Assembly (NCBI GenBank): GCA_031417395.1 | Contig: JANOVM010000039.1 | Coordinates: forward strand, 5,413 to 69,412 | Direction: 5' to 3' | DNA from: Bacteroidota bacterium | GTDB lineage: Bacteria > Bacteroidota > Bacteroidia > AKYH767-A > 2013-40CM-41-45 | DNA: 64,000 bases | Shown: piece after piece, positions 30,196 through 39,217 of the stretch | How positions within the stretch are numbered: the first letter of the stretch is position 1 | Layout: every line of letters starts with the position of its first letter | Notes under the pieces: model-generated | Told to the model about the DNA's origin: nothing | What the model saw: only the letters and a program-made list of their open reading frames with translations | The model's database searches: none | Position numbers and translations under genes: made by a program

Positions 30196-31445
30196 TGAAA
30201 TACTTCTTCTTCTTCATACTAATTTTTGTCTTTCAATATAGTCATGCACAGATTAATGTTGATTGTAATTCCCATCGCTTTGATCAGGAGGTGTTTTCAA
30301 ATGTGCTTACAACAAGCAATATTCTGTACGGGGCAAACATGGATGCTAATGGTTCAAATACAAATCTGACAATGGACATTTATCAGCCTGACGGAGATAC
30401 TGTGTCTGTCAGACCTCTGATAATTTGGGCTCATGGCGGGAGTTTTATCACCGGTACAAAAAGTGATCCTGACATTGTTTCCTTGTGCCAGCATTTTGCA
30501 AAGAGAGGCTATGTTTGTGCTTCAATAAACTACAGATTGGGAGTGCCCTTTCCCATTAATCAGGAAAGTGCTATGAAAGCTGTATACAGATCCATGCAGG
30601 ATATGAAAGCATCCATTCGTTTTTTCAGGAAGGATGCAGCAACAACAAACATCTATAAAATTGATCCCAATACAATTTTTGTTGGCGGCTCATCGGCCGG
30701 AGCTTTTGCCGCATTGCATACAGCGTATCTAGATAAATACAGCGAATTCCCAATTCCTGTTGATACCATTGCCATGGGGACAATAGAAGGAAGCAGCGGC
30801 AATCCCGGATATTCAACTGCAGTTAATGCTGTAATTGATTTATGCGGCGCACTCGGCAATAAAACTAATGTTGAAGCAGGAGATCTGCCTTTTGTGGCTA
30901 TGCATGGAAATGCAGATAATACAGTTCCTTATTCTACAGCCATGATTAATTTTCTCACGATTTATCCGATTGGCGTAGTTGACGGAAGTTATGCTATCTC
31001 AGATTTTGCAAATAGTATTGGCGTATACAATGAAATGTATACGTATTATGGTGCAGGACATGTTCCTTATTTATCAAGTACAGCTTATATGGATACAACT
31101 GTTCGTTTTGTAAGTAATTTTCTTTACAAATATCTTGCTTGCAGTCCTGTTGACCCTACGCCATTTGCAAATACATTTCCTGTGGGTATTAATTCTGTAT
31201 CTGATAAAAATGATTTTATTATTTCTCCCAATCCGGGGAATGGAATTTTTTCAATAAATGCAGCTGTATTGGATGCTCCGTTTTCTTATTTTATGATATT
31301 CGATGTTGATGGAAGAATGATAAAACAGATTTTTCCGGATGAAAAAAATGCATTGTTGGATTTATCAAAAAATACCCCGGGAATATATTTTTATCAAATT
31401 AAAACAAATGGGGGTGTATTTGGGGGTAAAATCATTGTTGAATAA
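30195..31445 (+). CDS. α/β-hydrolase (esterase/lipase-type) with a T9SS type-A CTD
   Basis: GxSxG nucleophile elbow 'VGGSSAGAFAAL' and 'HGGSF' oxyanion region. C-terminal 'IISPNPGNGIFSINA…GIYFYQIKTNGG'. Start overlaps the BCCP stop (taATG). Confidence 0.8.
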   Translation: MKYFFFFILIFVFQYSHAQINVDCNSHRFDQEVFSNVLTTSNILYGANMDANGSNTNLTMDIYQPDGDTVSVRPLIIWAHGGSFITGTKSDPDIVSLCQHFAKRGYVCASINYRLGVPFPINQESAMKAVYRSMQDMKASIRFFRKDAATTNIYKIDPNTIFVGGSSAGAFAALHTAYLDKYSEFPIPVDTIAMGTIEGSSGNPGYSTAVNAVIDLCGALGNKTNVEAGDLPFVAMHGNADNTVPYSTAMINFLTIYPIGVVDGSYAISDFANSIGVYNEMYTYYGAGHVPYLSSTAYMDTTVRFVSNFLYKYLACSPVDPTPFANTFPVGINSVSDKNDFIISPNPGNGIFSINAAVLDAPFSYFMIFDVDGRMIKQIFPDEKNALLDLSKNTPGIYFYQIKTNGGVFGGKIIVE

Positions 31446-31469
31446 TAAAAATTTACAATGGGGTTGCGA

Positions 31470-31535
31470 TTGGGATTAATCCCGTGAACGGCAGAGTCAG
31501 GATGCATCCTGACTCTACATGTCACGGGATTGTTT
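31470..31535. other. Large nested hairpin between the convergent genes 30195–31445 and pdxA. Probably a bidirectional terminator or structured repeat.
   Basis: Outer stem AATCCCGTGA/TCACGGGATT. Inner perfect 9-bp stem GAGTCAGGA-tgca-TCCTGACTC. 'GGGATTAATCCC' at the 5' flank is itself palindromic. Confidence 0.5.
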
Positions 31536-32570
31536 TGAAAATGCCAATGGTTTGGCATTGATTTCATCGTATTCTTCTCTGTTTTTTGCAATGTCAATGG
31601 CTGTATAAATTGCTTCACGAAAAGAATCTTCACTTGCTATTCCTTTTCCTGCAATGTCGTAAGCTGTTCCATGATCCGGAGAGGTGCGCACGATAGAAAG
31701 TCCTGCAGTGAAATTTACACCTGAGGAGAAAGCAATAGTTTTAAAAGGAATCAATCCCTGATCGTGATACATGGCTAAAACGGCATCAAAGTTTTTATAA
31801 GCGGATGAGCCGAAAAATCCATCAGCAGAATAAGGGCCGTAAACAAAAAGACCTTCATCAAAACATTTCTTTATGGAAGGAATAATTATTTCACTTTCTT
31901 CTTTTCCCAGTAAACCTGCATCACCTGCATGAGGATTTAAACCCAATACAGCTATTTTTGGTTTGCGCACATTGAAATCACGTTTCAGCGATTGGTTCAT
32001 GAGTTTGAGGGTAGTAACGATTTTATCCTGAGATAAAAAAGCAGCTACTTCTTTCATGGGTATATGACCTGAAACAACAGCAATGCGCAAAGTGTCGCTT
32101 ACCAGAAACATCAGATGAGCCGGTGAAGGAAATTTTTCAGCCAGGTATTCTGTATGTCCTTTGAATTTAAATTCGGCTGATTGAATATTGTGTTTGTTAA
32201 TAGGAGAAGTAATAAGAACATCAATATGCTTTTCTTTAAGATCACTTATGGCGCTTTCAAGTGAGCGCAGTGCATACTTTCCTCCATCGGCAGTGTCTTT
32301 TCCGAATTCCACAGGTACTTCTTCTTCCCAGCAATTGATTACATTGGTTTTGCGTAAAATAATATCGTTGCCACTCTTTACAGTTACGTATTGAAGGTCG
32401 TTCATGTTCAGCATTTTTCTTTGCAGACTTACCATCTTATTGCTGGCATAAATAACAGGAGTGCAAACCTGGTGCATCCTGTTATCCAAAAATGTTTTCA
32501 TGACAACTTCTAAGCCAACTCCGTTAATGTCGCCGCAAGTGATACCTACTTTTGTTTTACCTTCTTCCAT
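31515..32570 (-). CDS. pdxA: 4-hydroxythreonine-4-phosphate dehydrogenase
   Basis: 'VGITCGDINGVGLEV…', 'GHTEYLA', 'AMYHDQGLIPFK', 'RTSPDHGTAYDIAGKG' are PdxA signature blocks. Confidence 0.85.
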   Translation of the reverse strand: MEEGKTKVGITCGDINGVGLEVVMKTFLDNRMHQVCTPVIYASNKMVSLQRKMLNMNDLQYVTVKSGNDIILRKTNVINCWEEEVPVEFGKDTADGGKYALRSLESAISDLKEKHIDVLITSPINKHNIQSAEFKFKGHTEYLAEKFPSPAHLMFLVSDTLRIAVVSGHIPMKEVAAFLSQDKIVTTLKLMNQSLKRDFNVRKPKIAVLGLNPHAGDAGLLGKEESEIIIPSIKKCFDEGLFVYGPYSADGFFGSSAYKNFDAVLAMYHDQGLIPFKTIAFSSGVNFTAGLSIVRTSPDHGTAYDIAGKGIASEDSFREAIYTAIDIAKNREEYDEINAKPLAFSKQSRDM

Positions 32571-34010
32571 TTATTTATTTTTTTTAGTAAAGAAATCAAC
32601 AAGAAGTCTTACTGCAACACCGGTGCCTCCTTTACCGCGATAGCTTGATGGACCGTGAAGAAAGGAAGGGCCGGCTATATCAAAATGCATCCACGGGTAA
32701 TCAACATAACGTTGAAGAAATTTCCCGGCAGTTATTGCACCGCCGATTGGGCCGCCAATGTTTTTCATATCTGCTATGTCGGAGTTTATTAATTCATCGT
32801 ATTCATCCCAGAATGGAAATTCAGCGAGACGTTCGTAAACGGCTTCACCGCTTTTACGCAGACTTTCTTTAATATTGCTATTTGCATTTCCCATACAAAC
32901 GATTCCATAAGAGCCAACGGCCATAGCGGCAGCACCGGTAAGGGTAGCGAAATCAAGCACCAGTTCCGGGCTGTATCTTTTTGCATAATGCAAAGCGTCG
33001 GCTAGAATGAGGCGGCCTTCAGCATCGGTATTTAAAACTTCAACGGTGTGACCGCTCATCATGGTAATAACATCGCCCGGTGTGTATGCATCTCCACCCG
33101 GACGGTTATCCGTTGCCGGAACGAGGGCAATTACATGAACAGGGACCTTGTTTTTTGCAAGTGCATATAGTGTGCAAGCTACAGCAGCACCACCGGCCAT
33201 GTCGCTTTTCATATAATCCATTGAACTTGGAGTTGGTTTTAAACTCAATCCGCCCGTATCATAGACAACCCCTTTGCCAACCAAAACATATGGCTTTTTA
33301 TTTTTAGCATTTCGCGGTTTCCATTCCATCACCGTAAATGTTGGTGGTTGCGGGCTACCAAGGTTTACTGCAAGAAGTCCACCCATTTTCTGCGCTTTAA
33401 TTTGCGCCTTATTCATTACAGTAACTTTAAAGCCTGCTTCACTTCCAAGCTTTGTAAATTCAGCTGCAAGTTGCGTTGCATTTAACCATGAATGAGGTTC
33501 ATTTACAAGCGTACGGGCACGACAAACAGCTTCAACAGTATTTGCCATTGCATCGACTTGCTGTGCACGCAATCCTTTACTCATAATGAAAATTTCTTTC
33601 AGAGAATGTTCCTCTTTCTTTTTTTCTTTTCTGTATTTCAGAAACTGGTAATTTCCTAAAGCCATACCTTCAGCGAGAGCTAAAGCCGCTTCAGGTTTGC
33701 CAAAGTTGTTTACGATAAAAATTTTCTCCAGCTTATGTCTGTTGACAGATGCAAGAAAAACATCACCGGCTTTACGGCAATTCTCCTGAAGCTTATTGAT
33801 GTCATTCTTTTTATCGGGCCTATAGATTGCTACGAACCTGTCGTATTGATTGATAACGATGCTTTTTTTATCAGCCTTAATTTCTTTGGCGATAAATTGA
33901 GCTTCTTTTTCAGAAAATAGTCCTTTAGGCAACGTTCCTTTGTCATCGATTAGTAAAACAAGGGAATCGGCAGGTTTATAAGATGTTACGAGCTTGATTG
34001 TTGTATGCAT
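32571..34010 (-). CDS. pepA: Leucyl aminopeptidase (M17 family)
   Basis: 'VGKGVVYDTGGLSLKP', 'NTDAEGRL' and 'ATLTGA' M17 motifs. Confidence 0.9.
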   Translation of the reverse strand: MHTTIKLVTSYKPADSLVLLIDDKGTLPKGLFSEKEAQFIAKEIKADKKSIVINQYDRFVAIYRPDKKNDINKLQENCRKAGDVFLASVNRHKLEKIFIVNNFGKPEAALALAEGMALGNYQFLKYRKEKKKEEHSLKEIFIMSKGLRAQQVDAMANTVEAVCRARTLVNEPHSWLNATQLAAEFTKLGSEAGFKVTVMNKAQIKAQKMGGLLAVNLGSPQPPTFTVMEWKPRNAKNKKPYVLVGKGVVYDTGGLSLKPTPSSMDYMKSDMAGGAAVACTLYALAKNKVPVHVIALVPATDNRPGGDAYTPGDVITMMSGHTVEVLNTDAEGRLILADALHYAKRYSPELVLDFATLTGAAAMAVGSYGIVCMGNANSNIKESLRKSGEAVYERLAEFPFWDEYDELINSDIADMKNIGGPIGGAITAGKFLQRYVDYPWMHFDIAGPSFLHGPSSYRGKGGTGVAVRLLVDFFTKKNK

Positions 34011-34108
34011 TATTAATTGTATTTTTGACAGGCGGAAATTAATTAAAATATTATTGGCATGAAGGATATTTCAACCCATTCTTTAAGTAATTCTTTCCGG
34101 ATTTTATT

Positions 34109-35233
34109 ATGAATGCTGACATTTTACTGAAACGAGCAATTCAGTCTGATTTCCTGACTGTTGAAGAAGGCATTTTTCTCTTCGAAAATGTACCTACAGC
34201 CGAATTAATGGATGCCGGTCATCAATTAAGGAAAAAAATTCATCCTGAAAATAATGTTACCTGGATTATTGACAGAAATGTTAATACGACCAATATCTGC
34301 ATTGCTAATTGTAAATTCTGCAATTTTTATAGGATTCCCGGTCATGCTGAAGGCTATATTACGACTATAGATCAGTATAAACAGAAAATTGAAGAGACCT
34401 TCCGTTATGGAGGCGAACAATTGCTCCTTCAGGGTGGCCATCATCCTGATTTAGGACTTTCTTTTTATACGAACATTTTTCGTGAACTTAAAAAGCTGTA
34501 TCCAACATTGAAACTTCACGCATTAGGTCCACCGGAAGTTGCACATATTACCAAACTGGAAGGATCGACTCATTATGAGGTATTAAAAGCTTTAAAGGAG
34601 GCCGGACTTGATTCCCTTCCCGGTGCAGGTGCTGAAATTCTTAACGACCGTGTACGCCGGCTTATTTCAAAAGGAAAATGTTCCGGCAGTGAATGGCTGG
34701 ATGTAATGAGAGCAGCTCATAAATTAAATATTACTACTTCAGCAACAATGATGTTCGGTCATATTGAAACCATCCATGAACGATTCGAACATCTTGCCTG
34801 GCTTCGCGAAGTGCAGAATGAAAAACCAAAATCAGCCAAAGGCTTTCTGGCATTTATCCCATGGCCCTTTCAGGATGAAGGAACTTTATTGCAAAGAATT
34901 AAAGGCGTCAATAATAAAGTAACCGGTGATGAATACATTCGTATGATTGCATTAAGCCGATTAATGCTTCCAAACATAGAAAATATTCAGGCCAGTTGGC
35001 TTACCGTTGGAAAAGATATTGCGCAGCTTTGTCTTTACGCAGGAGCGAATGATTTCGGTTCCATTATGATTGAAGAAAATGTTGTTTCTGTAGCCGGCGC
35101 TCCGCATCGTTTCACTGCTGATGGAATTCAGCAATCCATTCTCCAGGCCGGTTTTGAACCCAGACTTCGCAATCAGCAATATGAATTCAGGGAAATTCCT
35201 GAAACTATAGAACAGCAAGTTATTACTTATTGA
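34109..35233 (+). CDS. Radical SAM enzyme of the CofH/MqnC/MqnE family. It most resembles cyclic dehypoxanthinyl-futalosine synthase MqnC (menaquinone via futalosine).
   Basis: 'VTWIIDRNVNTTNICIANCKFCNFYR' (CxxxCxxC preceded by a DRNxN block), ~374 aa. Confidence 0.55.
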   Translation: MNADILLKRAIQSDFLTVEEGIFLFENVPTAELMDAGHQLRKKIHPENNVTWIIDRNVNTTNICIANCKFCNFYRIPGHAEGYITTIDQYKQKIEETFRYGGEQLLLQGGHHPDLGLSFYTNIFRELKKLYPTLKLHALGPPEVAHITKLEGSTHYEVLKALKEAGLDSLPGAGAEILNDRVRRLISKGKCSGSEWLDVMRAAHKLNITTSATMMFGHIETIHERFEHLAWLREVQNEKPKSAKGFLAFIPWPFQDEGTLLQRIKGVNNKVTGDEYIRMIALSRLMLPNIENIQASWLTVGKDIAQLCLYAGANDFGSIMIEENVVSVAGAPHRFTADGIQQSILQAGFEPRLRNQQYEFREIPETIEQQVITY

Positions 35234-37902
35234 CAATGAAAAAGCTCTTTCGTTTTTCTTTATTATTTTTATTTTTTTTAAGTATAAAAACTTCTTTTGC
35301 TACGCATAACCGGGCAGGAGAAATAACCTATCAATGGATTGGTGCCGACTCTTCCGATTTAACATATAGAGTAACTATTACAACCTTTACCAAAACTTCC
35401 AGCTTTAATGCTGACAGACCCAAGCTTGACTCTGTGTATTGGGGTGATAGTACTCCTCCTGTTGTTTTCGACAGAATTCAAAAAATTAATCTGGCAAACG
35501 ATATTAGTAAAAACATCTATGAAAATACACACACGTATCTTGGAAACGGAATATTTAAGATTCATTTTACTGACCCAAACAGAAATGCCAATGTAGTCAA
35601 CATCCAAAATTCAGTTTCTGTTCCATTTTATCTTGAAAGTATTTTAGTTATCAGCCCATTTCTCGGACAAAATAATTCACCTGTTCTTACATATCAACCA
35701 ATTGATCAGGGATGCACAGGCCGGATTTTTATTCATAATCCCGGAGCATACGATCCCGATCCCAACGATAGCCTTTCCTATGAACTTACTATTTGTGGTG
35801 GAAATAATGGAGACCCCATTGGAAGCTATTCTTACCCTGCAGCATCTAATTCTTTTACATTAAATCCTGTCACAGGCGATTTAATCTGGGATTCACCCCT
35901 TGATACCGGTGAGTATAATGTGGCTTTCAACATTATTCAATGGAGAAATGGTTTTAACATTGGATTGGTTCGCCGCGACATGCAGATTCTTATTCGGGAT
36001 TGCGCAAATCATCCACCTGTCATTGATGTAATATCAGATACTTGTGTTTTAGCCGGTGATACGCTTTCTTTTAATGTTACTGCAATTGATCCCGATCATG
36101 ACACTGTTGTTCTTTCTGCTATTGGCGGTATTTTAGATGGCAATCTTGTTCCTGATCCTGCACAATTTAATTCAATAATTGTACAGAATGATACGGTGAT
36201 TTCAAATTTTACCTGGGCAACGAATTGTTCACACGTTCGGCCACAGCCTTATTTTGTAGAGTTCAGAGCGGTTGACGATCCTCCCGGGCCAACAAATATT
36301 CCGCTGGTTGATTTGAACGGGACTTTTATCCGAGTAATTGCTCCCGCGCCTCCTTCTGTTACGGCTACTCCTAATGGGAGTACTATAGATCTAAATTGGA
36401 CTCCTCCTTTGTGCAGCGGAATTGCATATTATAATATTTACAGAAGAAACGGACTATATCCCGATACCATTCACTGTCCTTGCGATAATGGTGCTCCTTC
36501 CTATACAGGTTATACATTATTAGGACGTACAACGGATGGTAACGATACTACTTTCTCTGATACGAATAATGGCCAGGGGCTGACTATAGGTATTCAATAC
36601 TGTTACCTTATTACTGCTGTCTATCCATCGGGTTCTGAAAGCTGTGCTTCACAACAAAAATGTACTACGCTAAAGAAAGATGCACCTGTAATAACGAATG
36701 CTGATGTCAGGTTTACTGATGTTACTAACGGAAGTGTTTATGTAGCCTGGAGCAAACCTACAGAGCTGGATACTATTGCTTATCCGGGCCCGTATGAATA
36801 CAGGGTTTATCGCTCACCCGGGTTTTTAGGAGCGAATTTTACAAATACACCCATTGTTGTTTTGAATAATCTTAATGACACAACGTACATAGATACATTA
36901 ATCGATACAAAAACAAATCCATGGTCTTATAAGATAGAATTGTATTATACCGATACGGTTTTTAAACTTAAAGGACAAACAGGAGTAGCATCGACGATAT
37001 TTTTAAAAATTGCTCCTACTGATAATGCTCTAAATCTTACGTGGTCAGAAAATGTTCCCTGGAGTAATCTTCGTTACGACATCTTCAAACAAAATGCTTC
37101 GCTTCAATTTGATTCTATTGCTTCTGTAAGTACACCTTCCTTTACGGATACAGGACTCGTTAACGGCAATACCTATTGTTATTATATCAGAAGTTCAGGC
37201 ACGTATTATTTCATTGGATTTGTTGATCCAATAATAAATCGTTCACAGCAGGTTTGTGAAACTCCATTTGATAATGTTCATCCGTGTTCGCCTCGCCTCA
37301 ACGTTTCATCCGATTGCAATAATGATTTGAATGTGCTTAACTGGACCAATCCGAATAATACCTGTGCTGACGATGTATTGGGTTATCTCATTTATTTTAC
37401 AAACTCTACCAATGGTAGTTTTGAACTTATCGATTCTTTGAATTCACCGACGGATACTTTTTACATTCATGATAAACTAACAAAACTTTCCGGTTGTTAT
37501 AAAGTAGCTGCATACGATTCTGTACACAATGAAACAATCAGTCCCGAAGTTGTTTGTGTTGATACGTGCAGACAGTATGTGCTTCCTTCGGTTTTCACTC
37601 CTGACGGAAATGGAAAAAATGATCTCTTCCACCCGTGCGATTCTACTACAGCACTTGATTTACAAGTTAAAAATTGTCCGCCTTACAAAAATGTCAAGAG
37701 CGTAGAAATGAAAATTTACAATCGCTGGGGAAATCTTGTTTTCGAAACAAAGGATAAAAACATCAACTGGAATGGAAACTTCAAAGAAACAAATAAGGAA
37801 TGTCCGGAAGGTGTTTATTTTTATGTGTGTAAAGTATTTTTCTTTAGTGTTACCGGGGAACCGTTTAAGGAGTTGCATGGGACGGTGGAGTTGATACGAT
37901 AA
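35230..37902 (+). CDS. Large surface protein (890 aa) with FN3-like domains and a T9SS type-B CTD. Second member of the three-gene paralogous N-domain family.
   Basis: N-terminus 'FATHNRAGEITYQW…TYRVTITTFTKTSSFNADRPKLDSV' and 'NPVTGDLIW…GLVRRDMQILIRDC' are shared with the 12609 and 56147 genes. C-terminus 'LPSVFTPDGNGKNDLF…YNRWGNLVFE' is a type-B CTD. Confidence 0.75.
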   Translation: MTMKKLFRFSLLFLFFLSIKTSFATHNRAGEITYQWIGADSSDLTYRVTITTFTKTSSFNADRPKLDSVYWGDSTPPVVFDRIQKINLANDISKNIYENTHTYLGNGIFKIHFTDPNRNANVVNIQNSVSVPFYLESILVISPFLGQNNSPVLTYQPIDQGCTGRIFIHNPGAYDPDPNDSLSYELTICGGNNGDPIGSYSYPAASNSFTLNPVTGDLIWDSPLDTGEYNVAFNIIQWRNGFNIGLVRRDMQILIRDCANHPPVIDVISDTCVLAGDTLSFNVTAIDPDHDTVVLSAIGGILDGNLVPDPAQFNSIIVQNDTVISNFTWATNCSHVRPQPYFVEFRAVDDPPGPTNIPLVDLNGTFIRVIAPAPPSVTATPNGSTIDLNWTPPLCSGIAYYNIYRRNGLYPDTIHCPCDNGAPSYTGYTLLGRTTDGNDTTFSDTNNGQGLTIGIQYCYLITAVYPSGSESCASQQKCTTLKKDAPVITNADVRFTDVTNGSVYVAWSKPTELDTIAYPGPYEYRVYRSPGFLGANFTNTPIVVLNNLNDTTYIDTLIDTKTNPWSYKIELYYTDTVFKLKGQTGVASTIFLKIAPTDNALNLTWSENVPWSNLRYDIFKQNASLQFDSIASVSTPSFTDTGLVNGNTYCYYIRSSGTYYFIGFVDPIINRSQQVCETPFDNVHPCSPRLNVSSDCNNDLNVLNWTNPNNTCADDVLGYLIYFTNSTNGSFELIDSLNSPTDTFYIHDKLTKLSGCYKVAAYDSVHNETISPEVVCVDTCRQYVLPSVFTPDGNGKNDLFHPCDSTTALDLQVKNCPPYKNVKSVEMKIYNRWGNLVFETKDKNINWNGNFKETNKECPEGVYFYVCKVFFFSVTGEPFKELHGTVELIR

Positions 37903-37909
37903 TTAGCGA

Positions 37910-37946
37910 ATCCGATAATTATCGGATGGTTAATACCTTCAATTGT
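37910..37946. repeat. Palindromic intergenic element ATCCGATAATTATCGGAT + 'GGTTAATACCTTCAATTG', copy 1 of 3
   Basis: Perfect 7-bp inverted repeat with a 4-nt spacer, 7 nt after the stop codon of the 35230 gene. Related copies lie at 42631–42675 and 48757–48776. Confidence 0.6.
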
Positions 37947-38390
37947 TTCAAATTTACTTTCTTAGATTCCTGTTTGACTGATTCTTTTACCCAAATCAAA
38001 TGCTTTTTAAAATGACACAAAATTTTTTTATTAACAATCGATTTTTAAATGAAATATAGAGTTATGTTTGTTTAACTTTTCATTTATATCAATAGTAAAA
38101 TGAATTTTGTTTTGATTGTTTTTGATTTCATTTATTTACTAGGGACTTTCATGAATCCTTGGGGAATATTTAAGCTTATTTTTGTAGGTATTGCTATTTT
38201 GAGAGCAGGAAAAATAGAATCCATAAGGGCGTCAAGAAAGTTAAATTCAAAAAAATCTTTGCCTGGATTAAAGAGTAGGCTGCGGTTTAGTTAATCGCAG
38301 CGAAAATTTGTAAACACATTTTTTATTTTGATTATTCAAGAATTTGTTTCAATTATCTTTTTTTTAAAAATTAAAATCAATAATTCTTAA

Positions 38391-39206
38391 ATGAAAAAAA
38401 GTATTTTATCAATAATTGCATTATTTTTATTTTTAACGACAGAGGGACAAATTACACTTGAACATACTTATAATGTTCCACCAGGTAAAACGCTTTATTA
38501 TACTGACTTAGGGAATAATAATTATAAATATTTTTTTATAGATTATTATAATAATTCTTTTAGCCTTTATAATCTTGACCATACTCCCTTTATATTGAAT
38601 ATTACTCCAGGGATATCACTTGATTCTGCCAAATTTACGATTGCATATATTACAAATACATTATTTGATTGTGATTCAACAAATATAGAATATGCAATTA
38701 CTGCAAACGGTGGTTCAACTGTTGTTGATCCGTTTTATATTTTTCGTACAGATGGAACACTTTTATTTCAGAAAGATAGTGTAGTTACAACATGGTGTTT
38801 TGGCTGCTTTGGTGGCGTTACTGTAAAACCGATTTTCAATACGCCAGAAGGAGCAAAGCTGATATTAGCAAATTTAACAACTAATGATTGGTTTATTTTC
38901 AGTTTATGCGATTTATTACCTCAAACGAATATTAATCTCGAAAATAATCCAGCTGTTCAATTTGTTAGTATTTACCCAAACCCCTCCAATAGATCCATGA
39001 CAATTCAGGTAACTGTTCCTGACAGTTACGGTGAATACGAGTTGACAGTTTATAATTCATCACTACAGATAATAATAAAAGAGAAATTTAATCGCGCAAA
39101 ATCAATTTTTTTAAATAATGAAAAAATGGGTTCAGGAACTTATTTTTTCTCACTTCAAAATTCTAGCAAAATATTGCAAACAGGAAAGTTTATTTTAACC
39201 AAATAA
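38391..39206 (+). CDS. Small secreted hypothetical protein with a T9SS type-A CTD (AT-rich, N/I/F/Y-rich)
   Basis: Signal 'MKKSILSIIALFLFLTT'. C-terminus 'FVSIYPNPSNRSMTIQVTV…GTYFFSLQNSS'. Confidence 0.6.
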   Translation: MKKSILSIIALFLFLTTEGQITLEHTYNVPPGKTLYYTDLGNNNYKYFFIDYYNNSFSLYNLDHTPFILNITPGISLDSAKFTIAYITNTLFDCDSTNIEYAITANGGSTVVDPFYIFRTDGTLLFQKDSVVTTWCFGCFGGVTVKPIFNTPEGAKLILANLTTNDWFIFSLCDLLPQTNINLENNPAVQFVSIYPNPSNRSMTIQVTVPDSYGEYELTVYNSSLQIIIKEKFNRAKSIFLNNEKMGSGTYFFSLQNSSKILQTGKFILTK

Positions 39207-39217
39207 GAATTAAAATC

